Below, piece after piece: positions 35,461 through 42,538 of a stretch of 42,538 bases of DNA. Below the pieces are notes generated by a model. That model saw only the letters and a program-made list of their open reading frames with translations, ran no database searches and was not told the origin of the DNA. Where the stretch lies: NCBI GenBank assembly GCA_036521895.1, contig DATDGW010000560.1, positions 1 to 42,538 of the forward strand. Direction: 5' to 3'. Positions within the stretch are counted from its first letter, which is position 1. Each line of letters begins with the position of its first letter. The translations under genes and the position numbers were made by a program. The DNA is from Candidatus Sulfotelmatobacter sp. (lineage in GTDB: Bacteria > Acidobacteriota > Terriglobia > Terriglobales > Acidobacteriaceae).

Positions 35461-36279
35461 TCAGGACTCCCGTATCACCTTCGCCGCCACCCAGCCGAGA
35501 AGCACGAGCGCAACCAGAACCTCCCAGCTGTAAGTGTTCCCATAGGTTGCGACCGGAAAGTGATTGCTGATCATGATAAAGACAACGGGAACCGCCATGA
35601 AAGTATTGTGTTTGGATCGCAGTTTGGCTTGAACACTGAGAGCCAACTCGAATGTCTCTCCGGCCGCTGCCGCCGCGATCATCTTGCGCTGGGAGGGGAG
35701 GATCCGGAGCCAAACATTGGCCGACATGATCGTTCCGAAGACCGCACCGAGGTGAATATAGGCCGCGCGTCCGCTGAATACATGCGTCAGTCCCCAGGCG
35801 AACACGGCAATCATGAGCAGAGAGAACACAGCAAACCCGCTCTCGGACCGGCCCAGGGGCGACCGCAGCGCGAGATCGTAGATGATCCAACCTCCCGTGA
35901 GTACCGCAAGCCCGATCGCGATCGCACGGGTTTGCGAAATGTCTGCAACGTCATGGTCAACGAGTCCACTGCTGGAGTAGTAAACCAGACCCAACAGCAC
36001 CATTCCGGTGAGCCAGGTTATGAGCGCTTCCCAGCGGAACCAATGAACCTGCTCGGGACCGACCTTGAGTGATTTCTGCCGGTCGACAGTGTAGAAGCCG
36101 CCGCTATGGACCATCCAGATCGACGGAGTCGGGCCTTCGGTCGCAGCCTTCTTGGCGAGCCGGTTGAACTGTCCGTCCAGCCACGTGAAATAGTAGGTTT
36201 GGCCGACCCACATGATTGCGGCAAAGACATGAGTCCAGCGCACCAACAGGTTCAGCCATTCCCGAATTGACGAGGTCAC
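35461..36279 (-). CDS. puuD: PuuD-like membrane urate oxidase, N-terminal (Urate_ox_N) domain only
   Basis: GGAG lies 8 nt before GTG 36279. The sequence WTHVFAAIMWVGQTYYFTWLD..WMVHSGGFY, followed by several TM helices, matches my recollection of the PuuD membrane domain. The gene sits between uraH and allC. The product contains no cysteine, so no CxxCH is possible. Confidence 0.7.
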   Translation of the reverse strand: MTSSIREWLNLLVRWTHVFAAIMWVGQTYYFTWLDGQFNRLAKKAATEGPTPSIWMVHSGGFYTVDRQKSLKVGPEQVHWFRWEALITWLTGMVLLGLVYYSSSGLVDHDVADISQTRAIAIGLAVLTGGWIIYDLALRSPLGRSESGFAVFSLLMIAVFAWGLTHVFSGRAAYIHLGAVFGTIMSANVWLRILPSQRKMIAAAAAGETFELALSVQAKLRSKHNTFMAVPVVFIMISNHFPVATYGNTYSWEVLVALVLLGWVAAKVIRES

Positions 36280-36305
36280 TTTATCGACTCCATCGGAATT
36301 GCCGC

Positions 36306-36650
36306 TCAGCTGCCGCGGTAGGTTGAATATCCGTTCGGGCTCAGAAGGAGCGGAATGTGGAAGTGCGATTCGCCCTGTCTTGCATGGAACATGACTTCCA
36401 CTGCCGGATACAGAGCCTCGACTTTCTGTCGCGCGAAATAACTGCCGGTGTCAAAGATCAAACGATAGACTCCGGCGGAGAGATCCTCGGCTTGGGGAAG
36501 CAACTGAGGGCATCGGCCGTCGTCGTCGGTGCGAGCTGAGGTCAGTAGTCGCCAGTCTCCGGCGCTATTCTGCTTCTCCAGTCGCACCGACACGGCTGCG
36601 GCAGGCTTGCCGTGCGTGAGGTCAAGAATGTGTGTCGAAATACGCTTCAT
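36306..36650 (-). CDS. uraH: 5-hydroxyisourate hydrolase (transthyretin-like)
   Basis: The product reads MKRISTHILDLTHGKPAAAV.. and ends in the diagnostic YSTYRGS. ATG 36650 overlaps the upstream stop as ATGA. The track start at 36662 is 4 codons longer. Confidence 0.92.
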   Translation of the reverse strand: MKRISTHILDLTHGKPAAAVSVRLEKQNSAGDWRLLTSARTDDDGRCPQLLPQAEDLSAGVYRLIFDTGSYFARQKVEALYPAVEVMFHARQGESHFHIPLLLSPNGYSTYRGS

Positions 36651-38044
36651 GGTTGGAGCCATTTCCTTAGCCGAATTTCTGTAATCTGCCGTTGCTGCTC
36701 GGCCGCTTCGTGAAGTTCAGTTTCGGCGTCGTTGCGGAGGCGGCGTTGAAGCATCTCCAGAATTTCCGACGCTGACTTGCCGGTGGCGCAAACAATAAAA
36801 GTGCGATTGAAACGCCGCTCGTATTCGCGATTGGCATTCGCTAGAGCAGTTCTCACCGCGGGGTCGGCATCCGTAACTTGCCTTTGCTCTTGGGCCGACC
36901 AGACCACCGATGGGGCGGACGGAGACTGGGGCGCGCGTGACTCGCCGATCCGCGGATGACTGTTGAAAGCTTCCCTCCAATGGGATGGGCCGAGGTTGCG
37001 CCACGTTTCGTTTGACGCAATCAGGAGCGCACCTAGGTCCGCAATAGGCCTTCGGGCGACGACACCCTGCCCCCAAGCCCTCGAACCGCAGCAGGGAAGA
37101 ATCGCGTTAACGGCATCGTCGGTCTTGAGGAGGTTCCATCGTGTCAGAATCTCCGATGTTTGGTTACGATTGGCTGATGGTTCAGAATTCAGGCGCTTCA
37201 GGAATTCGACCACCAGATTGCCTGCTACGGCCGCGCGATACCTCGCCGTCGAGCGAATGTCGTCGATCGGGCGGATCTCTCGAGTAGCTGCCGCTTTCGC
37301 CGCGCGCAACAAATCAGAATCAATCGACCGTCCTCTCACGACTCGTTCCGTTTCCCGTAGGCGAAGCGGAACCGGCGCGACACTCCCCAACGCGATTCGC
37401 ACATCGTCGACTAAGCCTTTCCCCGGCCGGCCGAGAGCGGCGATGCACACTTTGGAAATTGCTTGAGCGTTGCGCGCCCCGACTTTGCGGGCATGGCTAA
37501 CATATCCCGAGAACTGCCGAGGCAGGCACACGGCCCGAATCAACTCGTCCGGCGCCAGCAGAGTCTTCTTATATCCCGTGTGGAACGAAACATAAGGCAC
37601 GCGCCGCTCCCCTCGCACTGACACGAGAATCACTTCAGCTTCGTAAACGAGCAGTGCGGGCAGGGAATCGGCCGCCGGAGATGCGTTCACAATATTGCCG
37701 CCAATCGTCCCCCGATTCTGGTTTGCAATTCCACCTGTCCAGCGGGCGGCCGTCGTCAGAAGAGGGAACTCTTGTCCTACAACTTCGTGCCTGCGCACAT
37801 CCGTATAGGTGCATCCGGCCCCGATGCGAATCTCGCTCCTGTCGACTTCAATATGCCGCAATTCTGTGAGGTTCCAAATGCTGACCAGCTTTCTCTGCGG
37901 CAACGTCCCGGCCGCATATTGCACCATCACGTCGGTGCCACCTGCGATCGGGAGCCACATGCCAGGTTCTCTTGCTAGCAGCAAAACGATAGCCGGCAGA
38001 TTGCCGGGTGCGACCATTTCGTAGTCCGAGGGGTCCGATCTCAT
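36647..38044 (-). CDS. xanthine dehydrogenase FAD-binding subunit fused to OHCU decarboxylase
   Basis: The N-terminal ~290 aa carry the CoxM/XdhB-type FAD_binding_5 and CO_deh_flav_C domains (IAGGTDVMV, GGNIVNASPAADS, DDIRSTARYR). The C-terminal ~165 aa (about 36647..37180) form an OHCU decarboxylase (CCGSRAW, FNSHPRIGES, FIVCATGKSASEIL). Confidence 0.85.
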   Translation of the reverse strand: MRSDPSDYEMVAPGNLPAIVLLLAREPGMWLPIAGGTDVMVQYAAGTLPQRKLVSIWNLTELRHIEVDRSEIRIGAGCTYTDVRRHEVVGQEFPLLTTAARWTGGIANQNRGTIGGNIVNASPAADSLPALLVYEAEVILVSVRGERRVPYVSFHTGYKKTLLAPDELIRAVCLPRQFSGYVSHARKVGARNAQAISKVCIAALGRPGKGLVDDVRIALGSVAPVPLRLRETERVVRGRSIDSDLLRAAKAAATREIRPIDDIRSTARYRAAVAGNLVVEFLKRLNSEPSANRNQTSEILTRWNLLKTDDAVNAILPCCGSRAWGQGVVARRPIADLGALLIASNETWRNLGPSHWREAFNSHPRIGESRAPQSPSAPSVVWSAQEQRQVTDADPAVRTALANANREYERRFNRTFIVCATGKSASEILEMLQRRLRNDAETELHEAAEQQRQITEIRLRKWLQP

Positions 38045-38538
38045 GCGGTCAACCTGCGCCGCGCTGCCTCCGCCACGGCCTCGAGAATCTGGCTATAGCC
38101 TGTGCACCGGCAGAGATTGCCGGAAAGGCCTTCCCGGATCTCTTCGATGGTTGGCTCAGGTTTTTGATTGAGCAAGTGGCAGGCGGCGACAATCATCCCG
38201 GGAGTGCAGATGCCGCATTGCGCACCGCCGCATTCCAGAAAAGCCTCCTGCAGGACGTGCAGCTTTTCTCCGTCTGCCAATCCTTCAATCGTGACGATGC
38301 CGGTGCCTGCTGCCTGAAGAGCGGGTATCAGGCAGCTACTTACGAGCGTGCCATCCATCAACACCGAGCAGGAACCACACTCGCCTTCTCCACAACCTTC
38401 TTTCGCTCCGGTCAGTCCAAGTTCCATTCGCAGCACGTCGAGCAAGCGCGCCATCGGATACGTGCGCACGGTCTTCGGCTCACCGTTAACCGTGAATGAA
38501 ATCTCGACCTTGATGCTGCTCCCGCCAGAATCGGTCAT
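38041..38538 (-). CDS. xanthine dehydrogenase [2Fe-2S] small subunit
   Basis: The plant-type ferredoxin site is GCGEGECGSCSV. The second cluster site is QCGICTPG..NLCRCTGY. ATGA overlaps occur at both ends. Confidence 0.92.
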   Translation of the reverse strand: MTDSGGSSIKVEISFTVNGEPKTVRTYPMARLLDVLRMELGLTGAKEGCGEGECGSCSVLMDGTLVSSCLIPALQAAGTGIVTIEGLADGEKLHVLQEAFLECGGAQCGICTPGMIVAACHLLNQKPEPTIEEIREGLSGNLCRCTGYSQILEAVAEAARRRLTA

Positions 38539-40799
38539 CGGGCCCCGCTAGTAAGGGTTTCATCGTTTCGGCGCGATGGTTTGAGAAGTGCGTCCATGAT
38601 TTCTTCGGGAAGCAGGGGAATGGAATCGAAACGAGTCCCGAGAGCATCTTCCACAGCGTTCACGATTGCCGGAGCCGGGCCGTCCATCGGAAGTTCGCCA
38701 ATGCCCTTTGCTCCGTAAGCTCCGTGGACGTTTCCCAACTCTTCAAAGAACACGCGAATGGGTGGCAGATCGCTCGACGTGGGCATGATGTAGTTGGTCA
38801 TCTGACCGTTCTGCATACGCCCATTCTGCCAAACCACCTTTTCATAAAGGCTGAATCCGATTCCCTGGGCAATACCGCCGATGATTTGCCCCCGCGCAAG
38901 GAGCGGGTGCAGAACCTTACCAACCTCTTGGAGCGCGACGAAGTCATCCACCGATACGCTAAATGTCGTGAGATCAACAGAGACTTCCGCAATGTAAACG
39001 GCCCAGGCAAAAGCAGCGTAGGCTTCTCCTCGATACTTTTCGTCGTCCCAGAAAATGCCGCTCGGCGCTTCATAGCGTGACCAGCAACGGAATTGGCCAT
39101 GCTTGGCGACATGTTGCCGGCAGGCCGCGCGAAACTCATCGGCCGAATATCCTTGGCGCAGCACCTTGGAGGAAATCAACGTCTGTGCAATTCCAAGAGC
39201 GGCAGACTTTACCAGGCTTCCCACCACCATCACAGTGCGGGACGCCACGGTGGGGCCGCTGTTGGGCACTTCGAACGTATCCGGTTGGGCTACGCTCACG
39301 TTCTCGTACGGCAGACCGAGGGCTTCCGCCGCGATCTGGCTCAGGACGGTTTTTGTCCCTTGGCCAAACTCGGTGCTCGAAACTAGCACCTTCACACTGC
39401 CGTCAGCGCAACCTTCCACCCCGACCACTGACCTCAGGTAACGTTCACCCGATCCAGTAAATCCGGCTCCGTGCAGAAACGCTGCAATTCCCATGCCCTT
39501 CCTGGATGTGCCGACCTGATTCCGGGACGCGAAACTCTGTCTCTTCGAGTGATACTCAGAAATCTCCAATGCTTGGTCAATCAATTTTCCCAGATCAATC
39601 GGCTCCCTCACCACCTGCTCTGTCGTGGTGGTTTGTCCCGGTTGCAGAAAATTGCGGCGACGGATCTCGACCGGAGAAAGACCTACTGACTGCGCGATCC
39701 GGTCCATGTGCCGCTCCATGGCAAACAGACTTTGCGGCGCGCCAAAGCCGCGGAATGCTCCATGAGGCGGAGCATTGGTGGCGACGGCCTTGGCGCGGAT
39801 GCGAACACTCGGCCAATAATAAGGTCCTCCAGCGTGAATTGCTCCGCGGGAGAGGACCACCGAGGATAGTGTGGCATATGCGCCGCCATCAATGGTGAAG
39901 TCAATCTCTCCACCGAGAATCTTCCCGTCGCGGCTCACGGCGGTCCGATGGCGAGTGCGCGAAGGATGCCTCTTGGTAGTCGCCGCCATGTCCTCGAGGC
40001 GGTCATAAATAATCTTTACGGGTCTTCCGGCTTTGATCGCCAGCAGAGCAGCGTGCGCAGCGATCATCGAGGGATATTCCTCCTTCCCTCCGAAAGCGCC
40101 TCCAGTCTCCATCTGCACCACGCGAACTTGTTCTGCCGGCAAGTTGCAGAGCGCCATGAGCGCCTTATGAATGTAATAAGGACATTGCAGCGAGCCCCAC
40201 ACCGTGATCCCTTGGGCTGGGTAAAAGGCGGCAATCATCCCATTATTTTCGATGTAGAGCTGCTCCTGAGCGCCGGTCGTATACTCGCCTTCCACGATGG
40301 AGTCGGCTTTTTCCCAAACGCTGTCGAGATCGCCTTTCTCGATGACGTACGTTTTGAAAACGTTGTTCTCGCCCCAAATGATCTCGGTGTGGCGCTCACT
40401 CTCGTCAATCGTGAAGATGCCGGGCAAAAGATCGTATTCGAAGGATATCGCTTGAACCGCCTTCGGGAGGCGATGGCGATCGGGATGAGCCAAGAGCAGA
40501 ATCGGCTCTTCAGGATGATTCACGAAGTCAGTGGCCAGACAGGGTTGATCGTCGCCGATCAGCGAGATGCAATTCTTCCCCGGAATATCTTTGGCCGACA
40601 CGACGACGAATTGGTCCCAGGCAATGCCGGGGCCGAATGTGATCTTTTTGATCCGGCCGCGAGGAATCTGGCTGCGAACGGTTGCTCCGAAGAGCATGTT
40701 GGGCAGAGCCATGTCGTCGACGTATTGCGACCGTCCGGTCACCTTGTCGCGACCTTCCTTGCGCGGAACTGACTTGCCGACGATGGGATCGGTATTCAT
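38535..40799 (-). CDS. xanthine dehydrogenase molybdopterin-binding large subunit
   Basis: ATG 40799 gives MNTDPIVGKSVPRKEGRDKVTGRSQYVDD. GGAFGGKE and other aldehyde-oxidase/XDH a/b-hammerhead and Mo-binding segments are present. The track maximum (TTG 40886) adds 29 non-conserved residues. Confidence 0.9.
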   Translation of the reverse strand: MNTDPIVGKSVPRKEGRDKVTGRSQYVDDMALPNMLFGATVRSQIPRGRIKKITFGPGIAWDQFVVVSAKDIPGKNCISLIGDDQPCLATDFVNHPEEPILLLAHPDRHRLPKAVQAISFEYDLLPGIFTIDESERHTEIIWGENNVFKTYVIEKGDLDSVWEKADSIVEGEYTTGAQEQLYIENNGMIAAFYPAQGITVWGSLQCPYYIHKALMALCNLPAEQVRVVQMETGGAFGGKEEYPSMIAAHAALLAIKAGRPVKIIYDRLEDMAATTKRHPSRTRHRTAVSRDGKILGGEIDFTIDGGAYATLSSVVLSRGAIHAGGPYYWPSVRIRAKAVATNAPPHGAFRGFGAPQSLFAMERHMDRIAQSVGLSPVEIRRRNFLQPGQTTTTEQVVREPIDLGKLIDQALEISEYHSKRQSFASRNQVGTSRKGMGIAAFLHGAGFTGSGERYLRSVVGVEGCADGSVKVLVSSTEFGQGTKTVLSQIAAEALGLPYENVSVAQPDTFEVPNSGPTVASRTVMVVGSLVKSAALGIAQTLISSKVLRQGYSADEFRAACRQHVAKHGQFRCWSRYEAPSGIFWDDEKYRGEAYAAFAWAVYIAEVSVDLTTFSVSVDDFVALQEVGKVLHPLLARGQIIGGIAQGIGFSLYEKVVWQNGRMQNGQMTNYIMPTSSDLPPIRVFFEELGNVHGAYGAKGIGELPMDGPAPAIVNAVEDALGTRFDSIPLLPEEIMDALLKPSRRNDETLTSGAR

Positions 40800-40923
40800 G
40801 CGTCTGTGGCTCGAAAATATTCCCAACTCCCCGGCCCAACCGCGCGGATTCGGGGATGGGATAGTGTATGACAGACCGGTGAACAATGGCAGGGAAGTCT
40901 GCGCGAAGACAGATAGAAAATGG

Positions 40924-42297
40924 TTATGGCACCGATCGACGGCTTTGATTTGCGATGTACTCCCGCCCAGCGGGACTGCTGGGGAAAGCTCCTTCCGAGA
41001 AGACAGGGTTGCCTCGCAGATAGGTGGCTTTCACTACCCCGCGGAGGGTTTCTCCCAGATATGGAGAAACGGGATGGTGGTAATGCAATCTGTCTTCGGT
41101 TAGAGTGAATTCGCGATCGGGATCGAAGATAACGAAATCCGCGTCATAGCCAGCGGCAATACGACCCTTGCGGCTGTCGCAGCCTGCAAGTCGAGCCGGC
41201 CCGGCTGCCATCCACTGCACCAGATCGAGCAACGTGAATCCTCGTTTGCTGGCCTCAGTCCACATAAGAGGCAGCGCAACGGACAGGCTCGCAATTCCGC
41301 CCCAGGCGGTGCGGAAATTGCCCTCGCAGAGACGCTTCATGACTGGAGGACAGGGCGAGTGGTCGGTGACTACAAAGTCGATCGTTCCATCCTTGAGGCC
41401 GCCCCATAACTCCTCACGATTCTCGCGGCTGCGGATTGGCGGCGCGCACTTGCTTAGCGTGGCTCCATTCGCGATTGTTTCAGCGGACAGGTGCAGGTAG
41501 TGTGGACAGGTCTCTACACTTACTGGCAGTCCCTCCGCTCGTGCGGCGTGCAAGTCGGGAAGTGCATGGCTGGAAGAGAGATGGACGATGTGCAGGTGAA
41601 AGCCGTATTCACGGCACAATGACAGCATCAGGCGGATGGCAGCCAGTTCCGCTTCGTCCGGACGCGACTGGAGATACGTGGAGTAATGGCTCCAATCTGC
41701 ATCGGCCAGAGCGTCGGTGGCGCGATCGATCGGACCTGCGAGTTCCGCGTGAACCAGCAGTGGAAGCCCGGTCCGGGCAACATGCGGGAGAGCCAATCGC
41801 AGTTCCTGCTCGGTAACCATGGTGAAGCCATCGATTCCCGGGTCGATCAGGAAACACTTGCAGCCGGGGACTCCCGCAGCCGCGAGTGCTGCGATGTGCT
41901 CTTGATTGTCGTGGACCACGCCGCCCCAGGCCGCCCAATCAACACGGCATTTGCCGCGCGCTGCCTCACGCTTGGCCTTCAGCGCGGCGACCGTCGTTGT
42001 CGCGGGAAGGCTATTCAAAGGCATGTCGACAAGCAGCGTGTAGCCGCCCGCCGCTGCGGCGCGGGTCGCGGTTTCGAAGCCCTCCCATTCCGAGCGGCCA
42101 GGATCGTTGATGTGCACATGGGAATCGACGAGTCCAGGAAGGATGGCCGAGCCGCCAAAGTCGTGGATTTTGTAATGATCAGGTACTTGATCGGGTGCGA
42201 CGATGGATTGGATCTGCTCCTGCTCCACAAGGATGGCCGCAGGGCGGATGCCCGTGTGAGTCACCACGCGCTGAGCGACGAAGGCCTGCAAATCCAA
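40924..42297 (-). CDS. allB: allantoinase (cyclic amidohydrolase)
   Basis: Motifs are PGLVDSHVHINDPGRSEWEGFETATRAAAAGGYT, the carboxylated-Lys region GCKCF, and DHSP. AAGGAG (42311..42306) followed by 8 nt and TTG 42297 gives MDLQAFVAQRVV. The ORF maximum is TTG 42336. Confidence 0.88.
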   Translation of the reverse strand: MDLQAFVAQRVVTHTGIRPAAILVEQEQIQSIVAPDQVPDHYKIHDFGGSAILPGLVDSHVHINDPGRSEWEGFETATRAAAAGGYTLLVDMPLNSLPATTTVAALKAKREAARGKCRVDWAAWGGVVHDNQEHIAALAAAGVPGCKCFLIDPGIDGFTMVTEQELRLALPHVARTGLPLLVHAELAGPIDRATDALADADWSHYSTYLQSRPDEAELAAIRLMLSLCREYGFHLHIVHLSSSHALPDLHAARAEGLPVSVETCPHYLHLSAETIANGATLSKCAPPIRSRENREELWGGLKDGTIDFVVTDHSPCPPVMKRLCEGNFRTAWGGIASLSVALPLMWTEASKRGFTLLDLVQWMAAGPARLAGCDSRKGRIAAGYDADFVIFDPDREFTLTEDRLHYHHPVSPYLGETLRGVVKATYLRGNPVFSEGAFPSSPAGREYIANQSRRSVP

Positions 42298-42344
42298 AAT
42301 TTCAGCTCCTTGCGGTTGTCGCAAGACCACGATCAAATCAACAT

Positions 42345-42373
42345 TTTACGAAATTCCAAGTCCGGCTTATACT
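42345..42373 (+). promoter_or_regulatory. weak sigma-70-like promoter candidate facing the right-edge gene
   Basis: TTTACG, a 17-nt spacer, then TATACT, in the divergent intergenic region. Confidence 0.2.
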
Positions 42374-42497
42374 CGCTTCTCAGCGAAGCGGCTGCGAAAG
42401 AGTCCATGTCGACTGAGTTGCGGGTTCGCGGGATGCTGACGCGAACTGCCCTTCACGATTACGCATAGATAGAGCCAACACGTGGACAATCCTTTCA

Positions 42498-42538
42498 TGG
42501 CTCGCGCCATTCAGTTGTCGATCGATAACGTCCAGTCA
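42498..42538 (+). CDS. possible CDA-fold nucleoside/guanine deaminase, first 13 codons only
   Basis: ATG 42498 gives MARAIQLSIDNVQ.., which resembles the helix-1 start (..A[IV]xLSxxNV..) of guanine/cytosine deaminase-like proteins. The purine context fits, but the evidence is very thin. Confidence 0.3.

Noticed and set aside
42406-42468. 20-codon ORF (MSTELRVRGMLTRTALHDYA) in the allB/deaminase divergent region.
   Set aside because: It has no RBS, is very short, and has unremarkable composition. It is probably a chance ORF within promoter DNA.
1-42538. Search for CRISPR repeats, tRNA-like GTTCGAATC arms, IS/transposase or integrase ORFs, phage genes and known defence-system hallmarks.
   Set aside because: None was found by eye. 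The only repeated material is the paralogous kinase/propeller coding sequence and the short motifs listed above.

Overview
This is a high-GC chromosomal segment. Its gene repertoire looks like Acidobacteriota: Hanks kinases fused to TolB-type propellers, a giant CarboxypepD_reg-type TonB-dependent receptor, and orphan quinoproteins. The taxon is inferred from gene families, not from a search. No tRNA, rRNA, CRISPR array, transposase or integrase was seen. The window falls into four blocks. (1) 1..15.4 kb is an envelope/signalling island. It holds a decayed TolB-propeller kinase remnant and a 1782-aa alpha-2-macroglobulin-type thioester protein. It also holds a near-consensus sigma-54 promoter driving a 57-aa secreted Cys/Pro-rich peptide gene that ends in its own terminator. 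Divergent from that promoter is an FHA-GAF-AAA+ sigma-54 activator, co-oriented with a Ser/Thr kinase. A small membrane protein and a second kinase paralog follow. (2) 15.7..25.3 kb holds a TonB-dependent receptor, a cytoplasmic Gfo/Idh/MocA oxidoreductase plus xylose-isomerase-like TIM barrel pair, and an exported ThuA-like / dihaem cytochrome c / PQQ-propeller operon. (3) 25.6..29.8 kb is an RND efflux adaptor-pump pair with no outer-membrane factor. (4) 30.0..42.5 kb is a purine catabolism supercluster. Adenosine deaminase and a NUP-family protein lie on the + strand. A tightly coupled 9-gene minus-strand operon lies opposite (allantoinase, three-subunit xanthine dehydrogenase, HIU hydrolase, PuuD-like urate oxidase, two M20 amidohydrolases, ureidoglycine aminohydrolase). 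In that operon the XDH FAD subunit is fused to OHCU decarboxylase and the PuuD homolog lacks a cytochrome c domain. The best candidate for an undescribed system is the block-1 circuit of sigma-54 promoter, secreted peptide, FHA-activator, TolB-kinase and macroglobulin. All functional calls come from motif and architecture recognition by eye. No database search was possible.
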